From positions 34,483-98,482 of the forward strand of contig NW_021832835.1 in NCBI RefSeq assembly GCF_006345805.1: a stretch of DNA of 64,000 bases, read 5' to 3'. Position numbers and translations under genes: made by a program. The stretch is from Octopus sinensis (taxonomy: Eukaryota). Below the pieces are notes generated by a model. It did no database searches. It saw only the letters and a program-made list of their open reading frames with translations, and was not told the DNA's origin. Shown in pieces: positions 12,291-25,099 of this stretch. Within the stretch, counting starts at the first letter, position 1, and the number at the start of each line of letters is the position of its first letter.

Positions 12291-13580
12291 CAGACAGGGT
12301 GGCCAGTCTCACCTAGAAATGGGCCGAGAGGAAACTGTCATTGAAAGATCGGGTGGAGGTGACGAATACGTACATCGCATCCGTCATATACTACCGCATG
12401 ACTGTCGTCCCTTGGCTCACTTCGTGATTGAACAGGCTGGTGTGTTTGCTCTTCCGCTTCCTGTGGAGGGAACAGGTACCGCTTGTCAGACGGTCTATTT
12501 GCTGTCTGCACCCGTTGCGTGGAGGACTAGGTATGCCGTAGCTAAGGATGCGCAGACATGCGCTGAGGTTGCGACATCTCCAGTGATACCTTAACAGTGA
12601 GCAGGTGTGGTCGCCGTTTGTTCAACGTGCTTATCCGCAGCTCGTCTCTTTGACGGAGTTACAATCTTGGATCAGGCGTAGACCGAGGCAGGGCGCTTAG
12701 AGTGTATCCAAGCGCTCACAGCCCTCCGCCAGTTGGGCAATGAAGTCGGTGGAAGTTCCACCTTGGGGTTCTATAGGGGATTAGTGGACGGCAAGAGCGA
12801 CGACGTACTCGGAGAGATCTTGGGCGTCGAGGGGTACCATCAACTGGCTGGTCTCTTCCGGAGGACTTTCGGGTCGGGAACTATGCATAATATCCAGAAA
12901 TTTCTGGCTTCGCAGTGCTACCGGGGCGGGGGCACTGCCGGTTCCAGATAACTTCTACAGTCAGTCGGGCTTGTCCGAGATGCGTTCTGCATGCTCTCGT
13001 ACAGTGTCTGTGCATTGCTGACTTGTAGAGCTTTGTCGAAACGTTACTGTCACGTGTAGGACGGATCCGGGTCTCGTTCGAGTCCATTTGAAGATCGCCC
13101 CGCCTCCTTCATTTGACGGGGGAGGGCAATTTTTCTCTGTCCGGTGTCTATGGCAAAAGAGGTTGTGTGGTGGGCGCCATTGAAAGGGTTGAAGACGGGT
13201 ACCTTCCTTTTTGGCCAAGGCCTCATTGACCTTTTCAGGTTCCACCTGAAAAGGAAAGTGAGGCTGGAGAAGGAGGTACTGTCACCCAGTAAGTTCGTTG
13301 AAAGGTGGGTGAATGTGGCAAGAATGGCCAGCGTGAATGGTTCTACTCTAAGTGTGCACCTGTAGGTCGGATGGAGGGGGGGAAGAGAGGGTGCCTTCAT
13401 GAGGAGACGTTGATGTTAAGGGGTCCAAAGGGCGTGAGATCTCTGTGGTCACCTTACGGCGGAACTACTCTACTGGGGATGAATATTGTTGATTTACTCT
13501 CTTGTTTAACCTCATCGTCCCTCGTCTGTGTATCGTACTCTATTTTGTATTCGGCCTTGGTGGCCAATGAAGAATTATTA
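12290..13580 (+). mobile_element. Tx1/L1-clade LINE, 3' part of ORF2 plus 3'UTR and (ATT)n tail
   Basis: KWAERKLSLKDRVEVTN..YYRMTVVP..LFRFLWR..LVRRSICCLHPLRGGLGMP..RLRHL matches the L1/Tx1 post-RT signature (W..R.LSL.GR, F.FLW, P...GGLG.P). It is followed by RGALPV..C..H..C-like zf-RVT remnants, a stop at 13365 and a tail ending ccttggtggccaatgaagaattatt. Confidence 0.8.
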
Positions 13581-13588
13581 TTATTGTT

Positions 13589-13619
<31 letters not shown>

Positions 13620-13632
13620 CCATCATCATTAC

Positions 13633-13667
<35 letters not shown>

Positions 13668-13689
13668 TATTATTATTATTATTATTATA

Positions 13690-13895
13690 GCAAAGCGGCG
13701 GGTTTGCACGCCGGGCAAAATTTCGACTGTTGCAACGTTCTGAGTTAAAATTCCGCCGAGATCGACTTTGCCTTTCATCCTTTCGGTGTCGATTGATTAA
13801 GTACCAGTTACATACTGGGGTCGAGGTAATCGACTAGTCCTCTCACCACAAATTTCAGGTTTTGTGCATCCAGTAGAAAGGATTATGGTTATTAG
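13690..13895 (+). mobile_element. SINE family B (5' part duplicated at 15008-15135)
   Basis: B-box-like gagttaaaattcc, then cgactttgcctttcatcctttcgg..aagtaccagttac. Confidence 0.8.
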
Positions 13896-13939
13896 TGCTG
13901 TCCTCGAGTGAGTTTATTGAAAGGTGGGTGTAAGTGGCG

Positions 13940-14262
13940 AAAAGTGTAGACCTGTGAGTTGGAGAGAAGGAATTGGTGAGGGTTCCTGCTTTGGGGTTTC
14001 TGGGAAATCTCGGACAGCAGGGTTCCTCAATGTTGCCTGGAGGCCTTCCTTATCAGGCGGGCCACATCTCTATCATCCTCCCCGCTGTATGTAATGCGTG
14101 TGTCCGTTCTTTTTTAGTGTATACTTAATTTCTTTCTTTCTTTCCTCTTTTTTCCTTCTCTAATAATTTAAGTATCTGTAACCCCGCTACACTTTAAGTT
14201 TGTCTTTGTATTGTAACCTTCATCCTTCGCCCTTGTGGCAAGTAAATGAAATCATTATTATT
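13940..14262 (+). mobile_element. Isolated Tx1-like 3'UTR with (ATT)n tail; last ~130 bp repeated at 14828-14955
   Basis: Ends tgtattgtaacc..cgcccttgtggcaagtaaatgaaatcattatt, similar to the 3' end at 13553-13580. Confidence 0.55.
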
Positions 14263-14268
14263 ATTATT

Positions 14269-14315
<47 letters not shown>

Positions 14316-14625
14316 CTGTGCATGTCATCAGATTGACACTGGCGTACAAATATACGAAGCCCAGTATACCCACAATGACTACCAGTCTGATAAAGGTATA
14401 CCAGACACATGCATCACAACCATGTATGCGCGACATGTTGATCTCATATCGCCATAAAACAGCAGGTGGGGCCCGGTTAGAATTTTCTTCGGGTCGATTA
14501 GCCCAACCTGTTCAAAAGGTCCCTGAATAAGGGTTGTTTAAGGATGTTGAACGAAACACGTTTCCAGTGGTGAATTATTCAAACCTAAAGAATTCCTCTC
14601 AACTCATAGCTATGATACTCCCCCA

Positions 14626-14632
<7 letters not shown>
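14263..14632 (-). mobile_element. Dispersed repeat family C, second copy
   Basis: Homologous to 11805-12135; followed by a (TTC)n tract at 14628-14825. Confidence 0.75.
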
Positions 14633-14658
<26 letters not shown>

Positions 14659-14944
14659 CTTCTTCTCTTCTTCTTCTTTTCTTTCTTCTCTTCTTCTTCT
14701 TCTTCTTCTTCTTCTCTTCTTCTTCTTCTTCTTCTTCTTCTTCTTCTTCTTCTTCTTCTTCTCTCTTCTTCTTCTTCTTCTTCTTCTCTCTTCTTCTTCT
14801 TCTCTCTTCTTCTTCTTCTTCTTTTCTTTCTTTCTTTCCTCTTTTTTCCTTCTCTAATAATTTAAGTATCTGTAACCCCGCTACACTTTAAGTTTGTCTT
14901 TGTATTGTAACCTTCATCCTTCGCCCTTGTGGCAAGTAAATGAA

Positions 14945-14991
<47 letters not shown>

Positions 14992-15080
14992 TTATTATTA
15001 TTATTATAGCAAAGCGGCGGGTTTGCACGCCGGGCAAAATTTCGACTGTTGCAACGTTCTGAGTTAAAATTCCGCCGAGA

Positions 15081-15402
15081 TCGACTTTGCCTTTCATCCT
15101 TTCGGTGTCGATTGATTAAGTACCAGTTACATACTGGTGTTGATGTGATCGACTATCACCCTCCCCATAATTTCAGGCCTTGTGACTTTAGTAAAAAGGA
15201 TTATTATTGTTTTGTTGTTATTCGTGTTGATTCTTTTAACCCAGGTTTTGTTGGAACTCTTGGAATCTTGCATGCAAAGCGGGTTGCCATTTCTTGCCAC
15301 GGTACCATGCTGTTTGTTGTCTTCATCTTCTACCGAATACTTTCCTGAGAATTCTGTCTCTGCCGACCAGGCAATCATCTTGCAGCAGCTCGATGGCAAT
15401 CA

Positions 15403-15441
<39 letters not shown>

Positions 15442-15785
15442 CGACTTTGCCTTTCATCCTTTCGGTGTCGATTGATTAAGTACCAGTTACATACTGGTGT
15501 TGATGTGATCGACTATCACCCTCCCCATAATTTCAGGCCTTGTGACTTTAGTAAAAAGGATTATTATTGTTTTGTTGTTATTCGTGTTGATTCTTTTAAC
15601 CCAGGTTTTGTTGGAACTCTTGGAATCTTGCATGCAAAGCGGGTTTGCCATTTCTTGCCCACGGTACCATGCTGTTTGTTGTCTTCATCTTCTACCGAAT
15701 ACTTTCCTGAGAATTCTGTCTCTGCCGACCAGGCAATCATCTTGCAGCAGCTCGATGGCAATCAGTATATATATATATATATATA

Positions 15786-15800
<15 letters not shown>
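15081..15800 (+). repeat. Tandem duplication of a ~360-bp unit (SINE B tail + unique 200 bp + (TA)n)
   Basis: Units start at tcgactttgc (15081 and 15441). They are near-identical apart from single-base homopolymer indels. Confidence 0.9.
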
Positions 15801-15842
<42 letters not shown>

Positions 15843-15952
15843 TAATATATATATATATATATAATATATAAATTGGATTATGATTATTCATAATAAGGCC
15901 TCCTAATGAAGCTATTGTAATACCAGATAATCCATTTGTCCGTCTTTATTGC

Positions 15953-16017
<65 letters not shown>

Positions 16018-16614
16018 GCTGTCTGTCTGTCTGTCTGTCTCTCTGTCTGCAAGCATGCCTGCGTGTATGTATGTGTGTGCGAGTGTTTATATATATCTGT
16101 AATCGTGTGTGTGCGTGTGATGGTAAACATAAACATACATATACATACATACATACATACATACATACATACATACATAAACGCGCGCGCGCGCACCCAC
16201 ACACACACATACACACATACACACATGCACACACACACATTCATCTAACCAGCCGTTTTCTACATAACTAAACGTTTCATATCTCTTCTCAATATTTCAA
16301 TATTTAAATCGTGTCATTCGCTCCACCTTTGATATTTATCTTCCCCGATCTTCTTCTTCTTCTTCTTCTTCTTCTTCCCCCCTTCTGCTCCTCCTACCAC
16401 CACATATTCCTCCCCACCCACTCTGCGATTCTTACATCTTATTAAATATGCAATAAATATTTCTCTGGCTTATTTTTACAAAACTGAAACATTTAACACA
16501 ATTTTCAATGTTTTTAGCTTTATTAAATATCTCTGTCTCACTACTCTCTCTCTCTCTCTCTCTCTATTTCGCTTCCTTTCCCTGTCTCCCTTTTCATATC
16601 TGTCTGTCTGTCTC

Positions 16615-16649
<35 letters not shown>

Positions 16650-17992
16650 ACCTGTATGTATGCATGTATGCCTACGTAACCCAACTGGAACCAGGGTCCG
16701 TTTCCATCACTCATCCCAAAAGCTGTGTCCCTTTCAACAGTTCAATCATATTGGTGAGCATTTCTAGATTCTTCTAATTCGCTTAAATCATCGCCTCTGA
16801 CCATTTCTTTTGGCATGGTTTATGCTGATTCGGGATTCTAGACCTGTCTTTCTTGTACTTCGAAACCGTTGTTCCCAGCTGTCAGCTGTTTATATTTGGC
16901 AATATTATTCACCTTTTTCCCACCAACCCACGCATGACGCAGTAGAATGATCCCTTGTCTTACTTTGCAACCAGAAACCCGTCCTCTATTCTTCCGAATT
17001 GTTTGTCACCCGTGACGAAATTTTCTTTTTCGGTTTTACCTTGCTTCCAGACACATCTTCATTAATCTGGAGTGGGATTGCTTCTTCGCTCATTTTTAAT
17101 GTCTCTTAAGTCGCCATTCTCCTTTCGGTATTTGTTTTTAGAACAACCAAGGCAATGGCTAAAGCGACTTTCCTATCCGACTTTCAGACCCGACCCCTGA
17201 CTTCTTTAATTTTGTAGCAATAATGGTGATAGCAACAATAATGGTTTCGATGAATGGCTCCAAAAATCCAATTCTTTTAATCTTACTATATTTTATCTGC
17301 CTCTGACATACTTAATGTTCTACTCTTTACAAACATAAATAGGAAAATCAAGGTTGAAGGTTCTTTCATGAACATTCAGATTAAATAATCCGTGGAGCTT
17401 TCTCTCTCTCTCTCTCTCTCTCTCTGTTTCTCTCTCTCTATCCCTTCTCTTTGTCTATATCACTCTTTACACACACACACACACACACACACACCAATAC
17501 ATACATATAGGTATGTTTGTGTGTGTGGGTATATACATGTGTGTATATGTGTATTTGCGTGAAAATAATCTGATATAACACCAGAAAAGCAATAAACTTT
17601 ATAAATATTGAACAGGAAATGTTTGTAAATTCAGATTTGAAATTAATAGAATCGATTCTAAAAGTCACGTTGACGCATGGGTTTCTCTCGCACAACACAG
17701 AGTTAAATATCTCTGTTTAGATATGTATATGTATATTTATATATGTCTGTGTCTGTGTATGTGCGTGTATATATATATATATATATATATGTACACACAC
17801 ACGCGCGTGCATACGCACATGTATACATATGTCTGCGAGCGTGTGTGAACGTGAATGTGTGTAAAACAATGCTTGCCTGTGCGTGTGAGTATACCGTAGC
17901 CATTTACACTATGTCTGTAAACGGCCACCATTCGTCAGTGCATCCGCATCGGAAAAGAGATTGAACACATACACACACACTCATACACTTAC

Positions 17993-18040
<48 letters not shown>

Positions 18041-18107
18041 GTGTATGTATGTATGCATATGTATATACATGTACGTACATGCGTGCCATATATGTGTATG
18101 TTTATAC

Positions 18108-18166
<59 letters not shown>

Positions 18167-18559
18167 AAAGCATGTATCTATGTCTCTTTATGTGTATTTT
18201 ATCAAATGATACACAGAGTAAGAAATACGCTCAGCAATGTTGCTATCAATAATATGTAAAAGAAAAACAAATATAAACTTCGTCTTCATGAATAACCTTT
18301 ACGGTGATCACACTTTGGATACACATCGCAAAAGAACATATTCAAACGTTAAATAAATAAAATCGGGATTGCAATGAACGTTCAATGCAAATTCAGTTGC
18401 CAACAGCAATCGAGTTGATATCATATAAAATGTTATTGAGTAAACTATGTTATTTTTAGTGGCATGCCATCGTTCGTGATCGAAACGTTCCTCATCTTTT
18501 TACGCCATTGACGCAGGTGAGACTCTTGAGAAGAAAATCGTAGACGCCAGCGTCACTTT

Positions 18560-19030
18560 CTCCTGTTCCGCTCCTGTTGTTTTCTCCAAAAGCAATCGTT
18601 CCTCAATCCTTATACAACATAGATAAATAATTCCGCATAATCATTTTCTTTATCTCGTTATCGCTGCCAGGTTGGTGTTAAACCATTCTCTTTGTTTTCA
18701 TTCTACAAATAGACATTACCAATTTTCTTCATTTGTTCATGGATTTACTTTATGAATACCTATTTTAATTGGATTTTTAATTGGGTTTCTCCACCCTTTC
18801 TTGACAAAATGAACTGTAATAATACCATTGATGAAGAATATTCTTCCATTGCTAGATATGATTAACCCCTCTCTCTCTCCGATGACGGAATACTCAGCCT
18901 GTATAATCCTCGCTCGACATGATGTTCCAATAGCTGGGAATTCTAGAAACAGTTGTTAGAGACTATGCAAACCATATATTGCTAAACTGAATGTCCCTGT
19001 CGATTCTTGCCAAACCGTTTGCCTTTTTTA
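18560..19030 (-). mobile_element. Old R4/Dong-like LINE fragment (thumb region)
   Basis: Minus translation HHVERGLYRLSIPSSERERG*SYLAME resembles HPKADVDRLYLPRAQGGRGLIQ in the younger copy at about 20305-20385. Confidence 0.35.
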
Positions 19031-19303
19031 TTTCCGCTTTAATCTATACCTAACGGCTTAACGAGAAGCCTTAGCCACTTCAGAAAGACACTCACAAAAT
19101 CACACACACAGCCACACACATAAAAGTAACAATGGCTGCCAAATTTCGACTTATCCGCCTTCATAGAAGCAAAACGTCGAAGCCACCGCCAAGCATTTTC
19201 TTGTAGAAATCAATAGACATATACTCGAATAAATAGTAACGTATACTCCCTCGCTTTCATATTGGACTGTTTTTATTTATAACATGGTATGGAAACAAAC
19301 ATC

Positions 19304-19373
<70 letters not shown>

Positions 19374-19408
19374 GTAATTATTATTATTATTATAATAATA
19401 ATAATAAC

Positions 19409-21550
19409 GATATTTTCCCCATTGAACAAAAAGGGTGCCGCCGAGGCTCATACGGATGCAAAGATCAACTGCCAAATAATCGTATGATCCTTGAGAACTG
19501 TCATGTCACAACAAGCGCAGAAATCTCAGCTCCGCATGGATTGACTATAAAAAGGCCTTCGACAGTATACTGCATCCATGGATCTTGAAATCGCTGGACA
19601 TCTTCAAAAATTCCCCTGTGATTTCAAGCTTCCTGAAGCACAATATGTCGTTGTGGAATACGAATCTCCAATTATACCACTCTAATGGAGTACTTGCCTC
19701 AGAGAATATAAACATCAACTGTGGAATTTTTCAAGGTGACTCACTTTCACCTCTAATATTCTGCATAGCCCTAATACCCCTTACAAGTGAATTAAACAGA
19801 ACAGGGTATGAGTATAAAATTGTCAATAAAAACATAAGCCATCTATTTTATATGGATGACTTAAAACTCTATGGTAAAGACGATAATGAACTTGAAGGCC
19901 TATTGCGCATTGTGAAATCATTCAGTGATGACATCGGGATGGAGTTTGGGCTTGAGAAGTGTGCCAAGGCCACTTTCCAGAAAGGGAAAGGGAAGACCAC
20001 AAATTCAGTCGTGTTAGATGTTGACACAGTCATAAGAGAGCTTGAGCAAGAACAAACATACAAATATTTAGGGATAAATGAAGGCTCTGGAATTCAGCAT
20101 GCAAGCATGAAAGAGAAGATCAGGAAGGAATGTTATAGGAGAGTTCGTGCAGTCCTGAAATCTGAAGTAAATGCACGTAACAAGGTGTTAGCTATAAATT
20201 CCTTAGCAGTTCCAGTTGTTACTTATAGCTACAATGTGTTGAACTGGAATATGAGTGAAGTAAAGAATATAGATAGGGAAAATACGCAAGCTGCTGACTT
20301 GTAATAGGATGCGCCACCCAAAGGCAGACGTAGATCGCCTTTACCTCCCCAGAGCCCAAGGAGGTCGAGGACTGATCCAGCTTACAAAACAACCACTACT
20401 GGACTGGCCAAATATCTTGAAATAACGAATGACTGGATGCTAAAGCTCGTGGAAAATCACGAGAGACGAAAGAAGCTTCATTCTATCATTAAGGAAAGCA
20501 AAAACTTTGCTATTGATCTCGTGCAGGATACCCAAACTGAACAACCCGAAGGAAGTACGGCAACTATTGTTGCAAAGAAGTTGAAAATAATGGCAACGAA
20601 AAAAGTGCACGAGCAATTGGCTGATAGGTGGGAGGAGAAACCTCTGCACGGCAAATATGTGGCCCGTAGCAAACAAGCTGATGTTGACCAGAAGCAAACC
20701 CATCAGTGGCTACGGAGCTCAGGGCTAAAAGCAGAGAGCGAAGGTTTCATCCTGGCTGCTCAAGATCAAAGCCTATTAACCCGGAACTACCAGGCCAATG
20801 TGATGAAAAATGGAGCAGACCCAAAATGCCGATTCTGCAACGCCATGATTGAAACAGTGGACCACCTAATCTCTGGATGTAAAGTCTTAGCACCAGTGGA
20901 GTATAAATTAAGACATGACAGAGTTGGCCAATATCTACACTGGTTAATATGTCGGCATTACAATATCAAAACTGCCGACAAGTGGTATAATCACCACCCT
21001 GAAGGAGAAAATGTAACGATTCTGTGGAACTTTCCAGTACATACAGACCGAGCCATCAAAGCCAATAAACCGGATATTGTTGTGAAAGACCAAAACAATA
21101 AAGTTTGCTTATTGATCGACATGAGCATCCCCAGTGATCATAATATCTCGGCGAAAGAGTTTGACAAGCTCAGAAAATATAAAGACCTGCTCATTGAAAT
21201 TGAGAAAATGTGGTATCTCAAGGCGGTTACAATACCAGTGATCGTAGGAGCACTAGGAATGATCAAGAAGGGAACCGAAAATTATATGAGAATGATCCCT
21301 GGCTTACCATCCCTGCAAGAAGTGCAAAAGATTGTTTTAACTGGTACATCACACGTATTGAGAAGAGCATTGTCGATGTGAGAACTATTACTACTCATGT
21401 ATTTTAATTTAACTTTATTTCTATAAAAAAAAATGTACAAACTAGTGAGTTTAGTTTAATGGCCTACCAATGTATACTATGAGTTTCTTTGCCCTAGGAG
21501 TCGGGAAGACACTCGGCAAGAAATGGAAGCAAATTTGAAAGAAGAAAAAA
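19409..21550 (+). mobile_element. 5'-truncated R4/Dong-clade non-LTR retrotransposon (RT + CCHC + RLE) in an (AAT)n array
   Basis: EQKGCRRGSYGCKDQL, WIDYKKAFDS, GIFQGDSLSPLIF, HLFYMDDLKLY, CRFCNAMIETVDHLISGC..RHD, KPDIVV..LLIDMSIP..KLRKYKDL..VIVGALG. About three frameshifts. (AAT)n on both sides (19303-19408 and 21551-21600). Confidence 0.95.
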
Positions 21551-21552
21551 TG

Positions 21553-21589
<37 letters not shown>

Positions 21590-21604
21590 TAATAATAATG
21601 ATAA

Positions 21605-21985
21605 ATGCATTCTAATTGATGTATCAATACTAGCAGAGGACAACGTGTCTCTAAAAGAAATGGAGAAACTTTCAAAATACAAAGACCTGGAAATAGAATT
21701 AACCAGAATGTGGAATCTAAAAACAGAAATAATTCCTATCATAGTAGGTACATTAGGCATGATAAAAAAATATTCAGACAAATACATAACAAAAACACCA
21801 GGACTTACAAACACATATAACATACAGAAAATTGCACTACTAGGCACTGCACACATCCTACGCAAAACACTTTCAATACAGTAACCATCAGAGCATCACA
21901 ACAAATCACAGCACATACCCAAGGCACACAGAGCTGCGCTCGGTAGTGAAGTGAAAGCACGCTGTAAAAATAAAACTACTGAATA
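21605..21985 (+). mobile_element. Short 3' fragment of a second R4/Dong family with its own 3'UTR and (AAT)n tail
   Basis: CILIDVSI..KEMEKLSKYKDLEIELTRMWNLKTEIIPIIVGTLG..KIALLGTAHILRKTLS; the 3'UTR differs from the upstream element. Confidence 0.9.
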
Positions 21986-22260
21986 ATAATAATAATAACA
22001 ACAACATATATGTATGTATAAGTATATAAATGTATATAGATATGTAAAGATAGAGAGACATACATATGTAAGGATTAGGATATACATTTCATAACCATAG
22101 GCCGACAGCGAAGCAATAAAGTTTATCTTTATTGAACAGAGAGTGTTTCCTATTTACATATGAAATTATTAAAAATTCTGTTTATACAAGTGTTTCCCTC
22201 TCTAAAATATCTAATTAAATATTGGTTTTAGATATGTCAATATTTACACACACAAACACA

Positions 22261-22343
22261 GGGCATATGGCGTAGTGGTTAAGAGCGCGGGTTACTAACC
22301 CCAAGATTTCGAGTTCGATTTCAGGCAGTGACCTGAATAATAA

Positions 22344-22376
<33 letters not shown>

Positions 22377-22611
22377 TAATAATAATAATGATGTAATAAT
22401 AATAATAATAATGATGTAATAATAATAATAATAATGATAATATCTAAAAATGCCTTAGGAATAAGAACCCAGGTTCGAAATTTCCCCAAGACACCTGATG
22501 AAGGCTGTAGGGTATATCTGCCGAAACGTTGTGTTAACATCGAACAAGATGGGGACAAATATTCGCCAAATGTAAATAACGTAAATAATTCCTCATCTCT
22601 TAAATATAGAA
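22261..22611 (+). mobile_element. tRNA-headed SINE with internal (AAT/ACT)n spacer and a hammerhead-bearing tail
   Basis: Head gggcatatggcgtagtggttaagagcgcgggttactaaccccaagatttcgagttcgatttc has an A box (TGGCGTAGTGG) and a B box (GAGTTCGATTTC) with tRNA spacing. Microsatellite at 22335-22442; ribozyme motif at 22490-22535. Confidence 0.8.
22490..22535 (+). ncRNA. Minimal type-I hammerhead ribozyme motif (dimer-type helix III)
   Basis: gacac-CTGATGA-A-ggc(tgtagggtatatct)gcc-GAA-ACGT-T-gtgtt. Stem I is gacac/gtgtt (4 Watson-Crick pairs plus G.U). The core is intact with one extra A. G10.1-C11.1 is present, ACGT is palindromic, and the triplet is GUU. Confidence 0.7.
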
Positions 22612-23811
22612 TTATACGTAAATACGTATACACTCTAATACACACAAACACACCCGAACACAAACACACACCCGAAGACAAACACACACACATCTGAACA
22701 CACACACACACATCCGAACACACACACATCTGAACACACACACACACACACACACACCCGAACACACACACAATCGAACACACACACACGCACACACACA
22801 CACACACGCACACACACACACACAAGTACACACACACACACGCACACACACACGCACACACACACACGTACACACACACAAGCACACACACAAATACACA
22901 CACACACACAAGCACACACACATATTTAGGAAGTAACTGTACGTTAGATGTGAAAAAAGTCACATTTTGTAAACAACAAATTGCAAACAAATTCATTGAA
23001 ATTTCAGATCCATTTCAGACTTTTGCGTCTCTCAGTATAAAGCAATTGTTTTGAGTCTCAATGATCGTGATTGTCAACTCTGTAGCACTCCATCATGAAT
23101 TTGCTCAGCAGTGTACTTTATAGAAATACAAATGAATATTTCTAGTTGATCATCCAGTCAATAGAGCAATCGACTCAATATTAACTTGTTCAATGTAACT
23201 CTAATTTATGTAACGTATATCATGTGGTGATAAATATAATAAATGAACATGAAACGATAGTCATTAGTACAATTCATGCCACAAATATTTCAAAAGCACC
23301 GTTATTTATTTGTATACGATATATAATATAATATGTTGTATTATTATATAATTTTCATCCCATTATCTGCTATATCAGTAGTTATCTTTTTAGGCGACAT
23401 GAACCGTTGGTAGATAAAGCAGTGAGCAGCGAATTTGATTCCTTGAAATATGTGGAGGAGTTCATCGTAATTCCATTGATTGTATGAGGGTGTTCAATTA
23501 GGAACACAGCCAATCAGTTTAGTGTTTTTCACAGAGATGACAATTCCCTCTATAGAATATGGGAGTGGCTATCATCTACCGGCACTAGAGCGTTGACGCT
23601 AATCAACTAAGGGTTCTCTGGGCGTCTACAAGACAAATGATTTGTAAACTTGATGACTTGTTCACGGTAAACTTTTAGTTAAAGAAAATTTCTGCTTCAC
23701 CGCTTGTTTTTGAATTAAGTATAATATTTATGAAAATAAGGACATAAGAAACGAAGTGGAAAAATAAAAATATATATAAAAAGATTAAAAAGTAAAAATA
23801 AAAGAAATATA

Positions 23812-24221
23812 GGATCTTTTCGGTTTGAACGGCAGTTTTTTCTAGCGGTGTCATATGAAATTGTCACCCATAATTATGACCCTAGTATCGATCTATTGCA
23901 TTTCAATCTATTTTAGGGTTAGGGGTGGGGGGAAGGTTATCTTTTTTCTTCAGAAATGTAAATAAACCCAATCTATTTCTTAAACGAGGGATATATTCAT
24001 ACGGCACAGAATGTTTTCACCTCAATAGACGTCATTGTTTGGTTGAAATTGCAGAAATTGAAGAAAAAAAGCAACAAATATCTTACAAACTATAGAATTT
24101 TTTCAATAAAGCCAAGAGAAAAAGATGTTTTATAAACACATTCTACCAGTATACGAAGTTTAAAAGTGTTTAGTTACGTGGAAATTATTTGAAAAAACTG
24201 CCGTTCAAACCGAAAAGATCC
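23812..24221. mobile_element. MITE, 410 bp, perfect 31-bp TIRs, 8-bp TSD (Merlin-like)
   Basis: TIR GGATCTTTTCGGTTTGAACGGCAGTTTTTTC at both ends; TSD gaaatata at 23804-23811 and 24222-24229. Confidence 0.93.
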
Positions 24222-25099
24222 GAAATATAATAAAAATATAAACGATTCTACTGTAGGCAGACATTTTGAGAGAAGTGGAATAGTCGATTACATCGATCCC
24301 GATGTAACCGTCTGAGCGCTGTATTTAATAAGATGATTAAACGATTTAAGAATAGCTAATGAAGAAATTTTGTATCAACATGTTGGGGAGAGAGATTTAA
24401 TCTATACCATCAACTCCAGTACTTGACTGGCTATTTATTCTGTCGACCCCGAAAGGATGAAAAACAAAGTTGATTCTCCTATGCATTTTGTCAGACATGC
24501 TAACAATTCTGCCACTTCGCTAATAATAATGATAGCAACAACAACAGTACCAACAGCAGCAACAATAATGATTTCAAATTTTGCCACGAGGGCAGCAATT
24601 TTGGGGGAGGGAATGAGTCAATTACATCGACCCCAGTGTTTCACTGGTTAAAGTTCTATTTTTTTTTAAAGAACTTTCGTGTTTTAGAAAACGAGTCTTC
24701 AGTTTGAATTAATTACGTTTTAATTTACGAGAATTCCTCCCCCAAATCAGTTGAAAGCCTCCCTCACCGCCCAAATGTTATCGTTTAGTTTGGTGATATT
24801 TGTCACTATTTTATTTCAATATGTTTAGAGTTTGATGACTGAGAGGACCAATCCAGGTCCCCTAACCTTCTTTCCACTTTGGGATGTGTGAATTGAGGTA
24901 GTATCTTGCTAAAAAAATATTGAAAAAAAAAATAAACGGAGTGTTTGAAACATAATGAATGTAATGTTGGTCATGTCGTCTAACACTGATAAGTCAGTTT
25001 GCTGCGAGTCTCTATTTGCTAAAAGAAAAGACGCAATCGAATCTTCCTGAAGTCACACTGGATTGCCTTAAAAAAAGGACTAACAGAATCGATAATGTA

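Noticed and set aside
22261-22332. Functional tRNA gene
   Set aside because: Acceptor and T stems do not close properly and it runs into a microsatellite and repeat tail; it is a SINE head.
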